NCBI GenBank assembly: GCA_943787795.1 | Contig: CALSNU010000002.1 | Coordinates: 160,001 to 224,000, forward strand | Source of the DNA: an uncultured bacterium | Lineage (GTDB): Bacteria; Planctomycetota; UBA1135; GCA-002686595 | Length of the DNA stretch: 64,000 nucleotides | Direction of reading: 5' to 3' | Shown here: positions 10,070 to 19,152 of the stretch, one piece after another | Layout of the letters: each line of letters begins with the position of its first letter | How positions within the stretch are numbered: position 1 is the first letter of the stretch | Notes under the pieces: model-generated | What the model saw: the letters and a program-made list of their open reading frames with translations, nothing else | What the model was told of the DNA's origin: nothing | Databases searched by the model: none | Program-made: the position numbers and the translations under genes

Positions 10070-11311
10070 ATGCTCTACCTGCTCAAGTCCATCGCGCAGC
10101 ACAGCGCGCTGCTCAAGGATCTCATCGCCCGGGATCTGAAGGCGCGCTACGTGGGCTCGAGCATGGGGTTCTTCTGGTCGATCCTGTTCCCGGTGATCAA
10201 CCTCCTGGTCTTCACGTTCGTCTTCCGCGTGATCCTCAACACGCGCTGGGGCGACGAGCAAGGGGCGCTCGAGGTCTCCCTGGTGATGCTCGCCGGCATC
10301 ATCGTCTGGACCGCCTTCGCGGAGTCGTTGAGCCGGATCACCAACTGCCTGGTGGATAACTCGAACCTCATCCAGAAGGTCGTGTTCCCGTCCCAGATCC
10401 TGCCGACCTACATCACCACTTCGGCGGTGATCAACATGTGCATCGGGCTGCCCATCGTGCTCGGCGCGGTGGTCTGGTTCGGCTTCCTCTCCCCGCCCCA
10501 GGCGGCCATCGAACGCGAGCATGCCTTCGCCGAGATCTGGGAGGGCTACGACCCGGGCGCTGAGGGCGCGACGCCGCCCCCGCGGGTCTTCGTCTCCACC
10601 GAACGGTCCTGGCACAGCTCCACCCGCTACCGCCTCGAGTTCTCAGGCACCGCGACGCGGGGCGTCGACTACGCCGCCCCCACCGACATCGTCGAGCTCC
10701 CCGCGGACCGCTCGCGGATCTACGTCCCGATCATCCCGCTGCGTGACGCGGAGGCCGAGGGGGACGAGACGATCGAGGTGCGGCTCATCGCCGAGTCAAC
10801 GGTGGAGCTCTGGCAGCGCCAGGTGGTCCTGGTCCTCAAGGACAACGCGCTCCCTCCGACCGAGGTGCGAGACCTCGGCCTGTCCACGGCCCCCTACACG
10901 AGCGATTCCCTCGGACGGAGCCGCGCGCTCTCGCTGGGCGTCTCCCTGCTCGCGCTCCCTGGCCTGCTCCTGCTCTTGATCGGCTTCACCACCGGCCTCG
11001 GCGCAGGCCTCGCGACGCTCAACCTCTACTGGCGGGACACCTTCCACCTCGTCGGCGTGGGCACCACGGTCTGGATGTTCGCCACGCCGATCTTCTACCC
11101 CGGCCCGCTGGTGGAGCGGACGCCCTTCTGGTGGCTGCTGGACATCAACCCCATGCACTGGTTCATCGCCATGTTCCGGCAGGTGACCCTGTACGGCGAG
11201 TGGCCCGCCACGGGCGACCTCGTCAAGTTCACCGCAGCCACGGTGATGATCATGTGGCTGGGCTTGGGTCTCTTCAGGCGCCACCAGAGCCGCTTCCCCG
11301 ACCTCCTCTGA
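10070..11311 (+). CDS. ABC-2 (Wzm/TagG-type) permease with inserted Calx-beta-like domain
   Basis: RDLKARYVGSSMGFFWSILFP, NSNLIQKVVFP, WRD, WMFATPIFYP, INPM; long hydrophilic insert. Confidence 0.85.
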   Translation: MLYLLKSIAQHSALLKDLIARDLKARYVGSSMGFFWSILFPVINLLVFTFVFRVILNTRWGDEQGALEVSLVMLAGIIVWTAFAESLSRITNCLVDNSNLIQKVVFPSQILPTYITTSAVINMCIGLPIVLGAVVWFGFLSPPQAAIEREHAFAEIWEGYDPGAEGATPPPRVFVSTERSWHSSTRYRLEFSGTATRGVDYAAPTDIVELPADRSRIYVPIIPLRDAEAEGDETIEVRLIAESTVELWQRQVVLVLKDNALPPTEVRDLGLSTAPYTSDSLGRSRALSLGVSLLALPGLLLLLIGFTTGLGAGLATLNLYWRDTFHLVGVGTTVWMFATPIFYPGPLVERTPFWWLLDINPMHWFIAMFRQVTLYGEWPATGDLVKFTAATVMIMWLGLGLFRRHQSRFPDLL

Positions 11312-11318
11312 GGCACCG

Positions 11319-12008
11319 ATGGCTGACCCGACTCCGAGCGTGCTGATCGTCGACGACTTCCTCGACGAGGAGGCATGGACCGAGGTCTGGACCCACTTCC
11401 AGTTCGCCGACCTCTCGCCGGTCTCGCGCACTGCCGGTGCTTGGAAGCTCGGGGACGGCGTGCCGCTGGGCGGCGACGAGATCGTGACCCCCGCGCGCGA
11501 CGCCGAGATCGACGGCGACCAGCCGAAGGAGGGCGTCTACCCGAGCGGCACCGCCCTGGACCGGGTCGTGGAGGCACTCCTCGGCGAGGCGGCGGGCTTC
11601 ACCCCCCTCGTGGGCGAGGACTGGGCCCACGTCACTGCGCGGCCCTACGTCTACCCAGCCGGCGCCGGGCTCTCCTGGCACGGCGACGACAGCGCGGTCT
11701 ACTCGGGCGCCTACATCTACTACGCCCACCCCCACTGGAACGCCCACTGGGGCGGTGAGCTCCTGGTGGCCGACGCCGACGTCTCGGCCGACCTCCCGAT
11801 CATGGGGCACCGCTTCGACGACGAGGGTTACTCCGCCGCCCTGATGGAGCATGGCGAGGGACGGTTCGTCCTCCCGCGGCCCAATCGACTCGTGATCCTC
11901 GGCGGCGCACCCCACATGGTCACGCCCGTCCGACCGGCCGCGGGATCCAACGTCCGCGCGTCCGTCAGCGGCTTCTTCCTGCGCGAGCCGCTCCCCGAGG
12001 GCCGATGA
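11319..12008 (+). CDS. 2OG-Fe(II) oxygenase (prolyl-hydroxylase-like)
   Basis: LSWHGD, YYAHPHWNAHWGGEL, PRPNRLVI, PHMVTPV, RASVSGF. Confidence 0.85.
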   Translation: MADPTPSVLIVDDFLDEEAWTEVWTHFQFADLSPVSRTAGAWKLGDGVPLGGDEIVTPARDAEIDGDQPKEGVYPSGTALDRVVEALLGEAAGFTPLVGEDWAHVTARPYVYPAGAGLSWHGDDSAVYSGAYIYYAHPHWNAHWGGELLVADADVSADLPIMGHRFDDEGYSAALMEHGEGRFVLPRPNRLVILGGAPHMVTPVRPAAGSNVRASVSGFFLREPLPEGR

Positions 12009-12775
12009 CCGCCGAGTCCGTCCACGCGGCGCTGCTGCTGTCCTACGACGGCCGCTTCTTCAACGGTTGGCAGCGTCACCCGGGCAAGCGCACGGTCCAG
12101 GGCGCCGTCGAGGACGCGGTCGCCTCCGCGTTCGGCGCGCCCGCGCTGATCGAAGGCGCCGGTCGGACCGACCGCGGGGCCCACGCGCTCGGGCAGGTCG
12201 CCACGGTGGAGCTCCCGGGCGCCGCCAGCGAGGACGAGATCGTCACCCGCCTCAACGAGGCGATGGAGGGCGACGTGATCGTCGAGGAGGCCCGCCATGT
12301 CCCCCCTGGATTCCACGCCCGCAAGGACTCCGTGAGCAAGGTCTACCGCTTCGCCCTCTGGAACGAGGAGGAGCTCCCGCTCGAGCTGGAGCGACGGGTA
12401 TGGCACGTGCACGGCAAGCTGGACGTGGACGCCATGGCCTTCGCCCTCGGGGCTCTGGAGGGAGAGCACGACTTCTCCTCCTTCGCCTCCAGCGGCGGCT
12501 TCGACCGCAAGAACAGCGTGCGGCACCTGCGCACCTGCACCCTCGGCGCCGAGGGGCCCCTCGTGGAGATGTCCTTCGAGGCAGACGGCTTCCTCTACAA
12601 GATGGTCCGTAACATGGTCCGCGCCGTGGTCCGCGTGGGCGAGGGCAAGCGGCGAGCCGAGGACATGCTCGATGTGCTCGCGGCCCGGGATCGCAAGGCA
12701 GCCCCTGGGTCCGCGCCGGCCTCCGGGCTCTACCTGGACCAGGTCCACTACGAGCAGCCCCTCTTCAACCGATGA
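12005..12775 (+). CDS. truA: tRNA pseudouridine(38-40) synthase
   Basis: SYDGRFFNGWQ, AGRTDRGAHALGQV, FHAR, GEHDFSSF, FLYKMVRNMV, APASGLYL. Confidence 0.95.
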   Translation: MTAESVHAALLLSYDGRFFNGWQRHPGKRTVQGAVEDAVASAFGAPALIEGAGRTDRGAHALGQVATVELPGAASEDEIVTRLNEAMEGDVIVEEARHVPPGFHARKDSVSKVYRFALWNEEELPLELERRVWHVHGKLDVDAMAFALGALEGEHDFSSFASSGGFDRKNSVRHLRTCTLGAEGPLVEMSFEADGFLYKMVRNMVRAVVRVGEGKRRAEDMLDVLAARDRKAAPGSAPASGLYLDQVHYEQPLFNR

Positions 12776-13398
12776 GCGCCGCGCCGGAGCGATTCACGAC
12801 CCTGGCCGCGGCCTCGCGCTACGAGCCAGAGAAGATCAAGGGATCGCGCTTCATCGCCTGCGTCGCCCCGGCCGCCACGTCCGAGGAAGCGTCCGGCTTC
12901 GTGGAGTCCGTGCGAGCAGACTTCTCGGACGCCCGACACGTGTGCTTCGCCTGGCGCCTCGGCGCCGCCGGCGACGTCACGCGCTCGAACGACGACGGCG
13001 AGCCCAGCGGATCCGCCGGCCGCCCGATCCTGATGCAGATCGAGGGGCACGAGGTGTCGAACGCCGTCGCCGCGGTGGTCCGGTACTTCGGCGGCGTCAA
13101 GCTCGGCGTCGGAGGCCTGATGCGCGCCTACGGCGGCGCTGCGGGACAGGCCTTGGACCGCGCGGAGCTCCTCGAGGTCGAGGTCCAGGTGCGCCTGCGC
13201 TGTGTCCACTCCTACGGCGACTCCGGCGCCGTCCAGGGCGTCCTGGCCGCCTGGGACCTGACCGCCCAGGATGAGGAGTACGGGGAGGCCGTCTGCTTCT
13301 CGATCGATGTCGGGCTGCGCGCCGTGGAGGCCGTCGAGACCGCCCTGAGAGACGCCACCGCCGCTCGCGCGACCACCGAACGCCTCGAGGGAGCCTGA
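12772..13398 (+). CDS. yigZ: YigZ/IMPACT family protein
   Basis: IKGSRFIA, ARHVCFAW, NDDGEPSGSAGRP, VVRYFGGVKLGVGGLMRAY. Confidence 0.92.
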   Translation: MSAAPERFTTLAAASRYEPEKIKGSRFIACVAPAATSEEASGFVESVRADFSDARHVCFAWRLGAAGDVTRSNDDGEPSGSAGRPILMQIEGHEVSNAVAAVVRYFGGVKLGVGGLMRAYGGAAGQALDRAELLEVEVQVRLRCVHSYGDSGAVQGVLAAWDLTAQDEEYGEAVCFSIDVGLRAVEAVETALRDATAARATTERLEGA

Positions 13399-13403
13399 GC
13401 GCC

Positions 13404-13874
13404 ATGGCCCATGACCCATCCAAGAAGAGCGCGGCGCTGGTGAGCGCCTGCCTGCTGGGGCGAGAGTGCACCTACAAGGCCTCCCACAACGGAGACGGCG
13501 AGCTGTCCCGAAGTCTCGCCGCCGCGGGGATCGAGGCGGTGCCCTTCTGCCCCGAGGAGCACGGGGGCCTCGGCACGCCGCGACCGCCAGCCGATCTCAC
13601 CGCCCCCTCCGAGGATGTCCTGGACGGCAACGGGCAAGTCCTCACGAACACGGGCGAGGACGTGACCCTCGCCTTCGCCCGGGGCGCCGCGGGCGCCCTC
13701 GAGGTCTGCCAACGGCTCGGACTCACGCGCGCCTTCCTCAAGGAGCGGTCCCCCTCCTGCGGCTGCGCCACCACCCACGTGGACGGCGAGGTCGTCGAGG
13801 GCCCCGGGCTGACGGCGGCGCTCCTGCGCAGGCACGGCATCGAGTGCACTGGCGTAGAAGGTCGCAGGAACTGA
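13404..13874 (+). CDS. DUF523 / TudS-type thiouracil desulfidase
   Basis: VSACLLG, FCPEEHGGLGTPR, LKERSPSCG, GPGLTAALL. Confidence 0.88.
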   Translation: MAHDPSKKSAALVSACLLGRECTYKASHNGDGELSRSLAAAGIEAVPFCPEEHGGLGTPRPPADLTAPSEDVLDGNGQVLTNTGEDVTLAFARGAAGALEVCQRLGLTRAFLKERSPSCGCATTHVDGEVVEGPGLTAALLRRHGIECTGVEGRRN

Positions 13875-13981
13875 AGGGGGCTGGCCACAGCGCGGCGCGG
13901 CGCGGGGGAGATTCGGTCGAGGTCCTGTAAGGGCTGGCCTCCGGGCAGCGGTACCGGCCCCGACCCGGTACCTTCGGCCCC

Positions 13982-15466
13982 ATGGCCATCCACCGTCTGA
14001 CGACCTACTCGCTCGCCCTCTCCGTCCTGCCCCTCTTCGCCGCCTGCTCGGAACGCAGCAGCGGGAGCCTGCCGTCCATCGAGGGCGGCCCAGGCACCGA
14101 GGAGTCCGCCGCCCCCGCTGGCGCGACCCCGAAGCCGAAGATGCCCAAGCGGGGTGAGACCCCCGCCATGACGGCGGCCAAGGTCCCCGGCTCATCCTCC
14201 ACCGCCGCAGCAGCGTCCGCCGCAGCAGCGTCCGCCGCAGCAGCACCCGCCCCGGGGACGCCTGCCCCCAGCGCGGCCGCGCCGCCCAAGTTCGTGCCTC
14301 CGGCCGAGCTGAGTCGCTTCGCGGATCCGAACCAGATCGCCGACGAGGACCTCGGCAAGTACCACGTCAAGTTCCGCTGCTCCGTGAACGGCGAGGACGT
14401 GGGCACCATGACCTTCGCGATGTGGACGGACCTCGCCCCCATCACGACGCGGAACTTCCTCAGGCTGTGCGACGAGGGGTTCTACGACGGCCTCACCTAC
14501 CACCGCATCATGCGCGACTTCATGGTGCAGGGCGGCGACCCGACCGGGACGGGCGGAGGCAACGGACCCTACGGCACGATCCAAGGGGAGATGTCCGACG
14601 ACACAGAACGCGCCCACGGCTACGGCGTGCTGTCGATGGCCCGCATGGGCAATGACCTGAACTCGGCCTCGAGCCAGTTCTTCCTCTGCTGCGACGAGTC
14701 CCCGTCGGTCTGGGGCCTCGACGGCAAGTACGCGTCCTTCGGCCGGCTCACCTCGGGCGTCGAGACCCTCGAGAAGATCGCCAACGTCCCCACGCGCGCC
14801 GTCCGGTCCCGGGAAGCCTCGACGCCGCTCCAGACCGTCACGATCGAGGACGCCGAGGTGGTCGAGGGGCCCGCGCCCACGGGCGAGACCATCGCTCGCC
14901 CGGATGAGGGCCCCGACCTCGGCGGCGAGGCGCGCAAGATCGTCGTCCAGCACGTCCTGATCTCCTTCGACGGTTGCAACATCCCGGGCGTCACCCGCAC
15001 CAAAGAGGAGGCAGAGGCGCTCGCGAAGGAGATCGTCGCGAAGGTCGAGGCGGGCGAGGACATGGACCAGCTCGCGCGCGAGTACTCCGACGACCCCGTC
15101 GCCGACGCGGATCAGACCCCTGGCTGCTACACGCTCCTCAACACCGGCGTGCGGGATCGAGCGGGAGACCGCCTCGCGCTCAACCTCCAGAAGGAGCTTC
15201 AGGCCGAGTTCATGGAGAAGAGCACGGACTTCCAGGCGCAGCTCGCGGCGAAGACCCTGACCCAGGAGGAGTTCAACGCCGCCCTCGAGTCGCTGCAGGA
15301 GAGCCTGCAGATGAGGATGATGGACGCCGTCGCGAATCCTCGGGAGAAGATGGTGCCTGCGTTCGGCGACGTCGGGTTCAGCCTCGCGCCCGGCGCCGTA
15401 GGGCTCGCCATGTATGACACGAGCACGTCACCCTTTGGCTATCACGTGATCCGTCGCCTGGAGTGA
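13982..15466 (+). CDS. Lipoprotein PPIase: cyclophilin domain + parvulin domain
   Basis: Lipobox FAAC; APITTRNF, FYDGLTYHRIMRDFMVQGGDPTGTG, LSMAR, SQFF; VQHVLIS, LAREYSDDP, MVPAF, SPFGYHVIRR. Confidence 0.9.
   Translation: MAIHRLTTYSLALSVLPLFAACSERSSGSLPSIEGGPGTEESAAPAGATPKPKMPKRGETPAMTAAKVPGSSSTAAAASAAAASAAAAPAPGTPAPSAAAPPKFVPPAELSRFADPNQIADEDLGKYHVKFRCSVNGEDVGTMTFAMWTDLAPITTRNFLRLCDEGFYDGLTYHRIMRDFMVQGGDPTGTGGGNGPYGTIQGEMSDDTERAHGYGVLSMARMGNDLNSASSQFFLCCDESPSVWGLDGKYASFGRLTSGVETLEKIANVPTRAVRSREASTPLQTVTIEDAEVVEGPAPTGETIARPDEGPDLGGEARKIVVQHVLISFDGCNIPGVTRTKEEAEALAKEIVAKVEAGEDMDQLAREYSDDPVADADQTPGCYTLLNTGVRDRAGDRLALNLQKELQAEFMEKSTDFQAQLAAKTLTQEEFNAALESLQESLQMRMMDAVANPREKMVPAFGDVGFSLAPGAVGLAMYDTSTSPFGYHVIRRLE
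14202..14251. repeat. 15-bp tandem repeat x~3 (CCGCCGCAGCAGCGT) encoding an Ala-rich linker
   Basis: Read directly from sequence. Confidence 0.85.
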
Positions 15467-15485
15467 CGGGGCGCCGCCGCCCCGC

Positions 15486-17009
15486 TCAGCGGACGGCCCG
15501 CGGGGCCTCTTCGTTCCACCCGCCCTCGAGGCGCGCGAGCTCGGCGAGGGAGAGGTTGGACGCGCTCCCGTCCCTGGCCTGGCGGAACCGCTCGAAGGCG
15601 CCGTCCACCGCGGCGTCTTGCTCGTCCACAGCCAGGAAGGTCGCGCGGGTGGAGTCGAGGATGGAGTCTCCCTTCAAGGCGTCGAGGACATCCTGCATGT
15701 GAATCATCGAGGGGTCGGCCGCCAGCACGTAGCAGAGCTCGCCGTCGCCCGACTCGAGCTGGGCGAGCACGTGCGCATGCTCGAGGCTGCGGGCGACGTC
15801 CCCCACCACGCGCTCGGGACAGGCGAGCTCCTCGGCGAGCCCGGGGACCGTCCGGGGCGGCCGCGCCCCGATGAACGCGCGGGTCACGCGCACGGCGAGG
15901 CGCAGGGCGACCACCTCCTTGAGCGCCAGGTCGTAGTCACGGCTGAGGACCAGTTGGCCGTGCCGCTCCTCGTTCTGATGGGCGGAGGCGGCCTCCGCGC
16001 CGAGCAGGACGGCCATCCACGAGGACTGGACCCACACGAGGAAGATCGGGAGCGCGGCGAAGGTCGAGTAGATGGCGTTGTAGTTGGCGACGCCCATCTG
16101 GAGCTTGAGGAGCGCGACCTGGAAGAGCTGCCAGATCGTCCCGCCGACCACGCCCCCGAGCAGGGCGGAGGAGAGGCGCACCTGGGTGTTCGGCATGAAC
16201 ACGTAGGCGACCGTGAAGGCGGCCCACACGATGGCCTGGGAGCCGAAGAGCGCCAGCCCCGGACTCGTGGACCAGGGCCCGTCGATGATCTCGGTCCGCA
16301 CGACGCTGAGCGCGCCGGTCCCAGCCACCAGCAGCAGCGGGACGAGCACCACGGTCGAGAAGTAGTCCGCGAGCTTCCTGGGTAGCGAGCGGGCGCGCTG
16401 GACGCCCCAGATGTCATTGAAGGCCTGCTCGATGGAGCTCAACAACCGGATCACGGTCCAGAGCACGACCAGGAAGCCGACGATGCCGAGCTTGGAGACG
16501 TTCGTGCTCTGGACGAAGCCGAGCACCGTGTCGATGGCTTCCCTCACCTGGGACACCGGGGCCCCGTCAGCCGCGGCTCCCGCCTCCCCGAAGGTCGAGT
16601 CGAGGAAGGGCTTGATGGTCTGCTCGAGCAGCGTCTCGTAGGCGCCCATGCCCTTGGCCACGGAGAACGCCAGGGCGAGCAGGGGCACGAGGGAGAGAAC
16701 CGAGATGTAGGTCAGCGCCGAGGCTCTCCAGGTGCAGCGATCCTTGACGAAGTTGACGCAGGTGAGCTGGAGGACCCGCGCCACCGCGTACAGACCGCGC
16801 CGCATGGTCGGGAGGGTCGTGATCTCCATCGCCCACAGGTCCCTCGCGAAGAACCTCTGCACGGCCGCAGCCCGTGAGACGTCTTCCGACCCGCCGTGGC
16901 GCACTCCCCGCGGCCTGCTCGAGGGCGGCGCCTTGGGGGTTGGGCCAGGGCTCCCAGCCGACTCGGCGGGGCGCACAGGGGGCTCGGGTTGGTCAGTGGG
17001 ATCAGACAA
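15486..17009 (-). CDS. YihY/BrkB family inner membrane protein with C-terminal wHTH-like extension
   Basis: RASALTYISVLSLVP, IEQAFNDIWGV, YVFMPNT, YNAIYSTFAALPIFLVW, LLGAE; start uncertain. Confidence 0.88.
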   Translation of the reverse strand: MSDPTDQPEPPVRPAESAGSPGPTPKAPPSSRPRGVRHGGSEDVSRAAAVQRFFARDLWAMEITTLPTMRRGLYAVARVLQLTCVNFVKDRCTWRASALTYISVLSLVPLLALAFSVAKGMGAYETLLEQTIKPFLDSTFGEAGAAADGAPVSQVREAIDTVLGFVQSTNVSKLGIVGFLVVLWTVIRLLSSIEQAFNDIWGVQRARSLPRKLADYFSTVVLVPLLLVAGTGALSVVRTEIIDGPWSTSPGLALFGSQAIVWAAFTVAYVFMPNTQVRLSSALLGGVVGGTIWQLFQVALLKLQMGVANYNAIYSTFAALPIFLVWVQSSWMAVLLGAEAASAHQNEERHGQLVLSRDYDLALKEVVALRLAVRVTRAFIGARPPRTVPGLAEELACPERVVGDVARSLEHAHVLAQLESGDGELCYVLAADPSMIHMQDVLDALKGDSILDSTRATFLAVDEQDAAVDGAFERFRQARDGSASNLSLAELARLEGGWNEEAPRAVR

Positions 17010-17475
17010 GGCGGGAGGGGTGGGCGGTCGGAGGGTCGACGGTTGATTCGGCCAAAGCCGGCGCGGGCCTGAGCCTCCCCCATGGAATCCGCAGGTGACC
17101 GGAGTATGGGGCAGATTCCAGCGGGTCGCCGCTCGATCCGGCGGTGACACCTACAGCAGGCGCCAGTCCCGCGTCGCATAGGCCCTCCACCACTGCCCGC
17201 GGGCGACATCCACTCAGCTCCACCGCGGCAGGGACCACCGCGGCAGCTCCGGGGCGCCGCCGCCGCAAGGGGATCAACACCCCGGTCTCCGGGAGCGCGA
17301 CGCGGGCTCGCCCGGGCGGAGTCTCCGCTGCTGGAGTCCGCTTCGCCGAAGTCGCGATCGCCCTCGTCGCGGTCGCTGACGTGACCGTCGATCGAGGTCC
17401 GCCCACCCCGAGACCGCGTTGCCCGGCAGCCCCGGCCCGATCAGGACGTGAGCAGCGTCGCCTGAGCTCACCAAT

Positions 17476-17515
17476 CTCAGGTCGCTGGGTCCTCAGGTCG
17501 CTGGGGCCTCAGGCG
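17476..17515. repeat. 16-bp tandem repeat (CTCAGGTCGCTGGG[T/G]C) at the decarboxylase stop codon
   Basis: About 2.5 copies read directly. Confidence 0.75.
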
Positions 17516-18903
17516 ACGAGGGCCGCCCGGACGTCCTTGGCGATCATGCGGAGGCCCTCGAAGAGGCGGTCGAGCTCGGCCTCGTCCGCCTGTGCGTTGA
17601 CCAGGGCCAGCCGGACCACGGCCTCGCCGTCGACCATCGCATATCCGACCATGGCGAGGCCGCGCTCGGTCAACTCGGCGCAGAGGTCCTCGGCTCGGAT
17701 GCCGTCCACGCGAAAGCAGACGGTCAGGAACTCGGGGTCCCTCACGAGGTGCAGGTCGGACGCCTTCTGGACCAACCGCGCAGCGTGCAGGGCAAGCCGC
17801 CGCAGGCGAGCGACGCGTCCCGCCATGCCCTGATTCCCGAGCGACTGCCACAGGGTCCAGAGCTTGAGGGCGTCATTGCGGCGACCACACTGCAGGGAGC
17901 GCGTCCCCGGGTTCAGCTCCTCCTCGTCTCCCTGGAAGAGGTAGCTGGCGTTCTCGTCGAGGCTGGCGGAGAGCAGCCCGCGCTCGCGCACCAGGACCAC
18001 TGAACAGGAGAGCTGGGCGCCCATCACCTTGTGAGCGTCCCATGCCACAGAGTCCGCGCGCTCGCACCCCGCGAGGAGGTGCGCCTGATCCGGATCGAGC
18101 ACCGCGGAGCCGCCGAAGGCGCCGTCGACGTGGAGCCAGAGGCCCCGCCTCTCGCACACATCGGCGATCTCCTCGAGGGAGTCGAAGGCGCCGAGCACGG
18201 TCGTCCCGGCGGTGGCGTTGACCATCATGGGCTGATATCCCTTCGCGAGATCAGCGCAGATGACGGCGTCGAGAGCCACCGGATCCATGCGGCCGCGCTC
18301 GTCCACCGGGACGCGGACGAGGTTCTCTAGCCCGATCCCGATCAGACCGACGGCCTTGGTCACCGAGTAGTGGCTCTGACTGGAGGTGTAGACCCTCAGG
18401 CGCCGGCCGCCGACGCCCTCCTCGCGTGCCCGCGGGCGAGCGCGGTCACGGGCCAGGAGCAAGCCGGTCAGGTTGGACAGCGACCCACCCGGAGTGAAGA
18501 CGCCATCGGCGTGCTCGAATCCGATTCGGCGGCCCATCTGGCGCAGGAGCTCGAGCTCGACCAGCACCTGTGCGCCACCCACCTTGTAGGTGTACATCGA
18601 GCTGTTCAGCGCGGACGCCACCACCTCGCCGAGCAGCGACGCCGGCTCACGGCCGCCATAGAGCTGGTTGAAGAAGCTCCCCGACGCGGTGATCGGCGTG
18701 TGCCGGACGAGCTTGCGGAGGCGCTCGCCGACCTCCTTCAGCTCGAGCCCTTCTTCGGGGACCTCCAGATCCAGGAGCTGTCGCAGCTCCGCTGGGTCCT
18801 CGCGCGGCAGGACTCGCTCTCGAGTCTCCTGGTCGCTGCGCTCCAGCAGGATCTGGGTGAAAAGGTCGGCGACGTCTTCGAGCGGGGCGCTTTCGAGTGC
18901 CAT
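17509..18903 (-). CDS. Group II PLP-dependent decarboxylase, CSAD/GADL1-like
   Basis: FFNQLYGG, GVFTPGGSLSN, SHYS, NATAGTTVLGAFD, WLHVDGAFGG, WDAHK (PLP Lys), QCGRRNDALKLW; start ATG 18903. Confidence 0.9.
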   Translation of the reverse strand: MALESAPLEDVADLFTQILLERSDQETRERVLPREDPAELRQLLDLEVPEEGLELKEVGERLRKLVRHTPITASGSFFNQLYGGREPASLLGEVVASALNSSMYTYKVGGAQVLVELELLRQMGRRIGFEHADGVFTPGGSLSNLTGLLLARDRARPRAREEGVGGRRLRVYTSSQSHYSVTKAVGLIGIGLENLVRVPVDERGRMDPVALDAVICADLAKGYQPMMVNATAGTTVLGAFDSLEEIADVCERRGLWLHVDGAFGGSAVLDPDQAHLLAGCERADSVAWDAHKVMGAQLSCSVVLVRERGLLSASLDENASYLFQGDEEELNPGTRSLQCGRRNDALKLWTLWQSLGNQGMAGRVARLRRLALHAARLVQKASDLHLVRDPEFLTVCFRVDGIRAEDLCAELTERGLAMVGYAMVDGEAVVRLALVNAQADEAELDRLFEGLRMIAKDVRAALVA

Positions 18904-19152
18904 AACACCAAGGAGAGCTGGACGGCGGGCGGGGAGGCGCCTCGGGAGTAATGGCCGCTTCCGATCCTTGGAAGGGCAGGTTATCAGGTCCTGCCCCCAT
19001 GTCCAGTGGGGCAGGATGTATCGGGCCAGCCCCCCCACGACACGGCGTGCGATCGCGTGAGTAAGAGGAGGGTTGGCGCTCGGAGAGGGGCCTGACGTTG
19101 GTTCGCATCGGCACGACCCCCTCAACCTCAAGCGCAGCTCGCTCGAATCCAC

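Noticed and set aside
17150..17475. Possible SRP RNA or other ncRNA (TCAGG...AGCAGC near 17441)
   Set aside because: Lacks the GNRA-capped helix between the SRP motifs; no RNase P, tmRNA or tRNA signature
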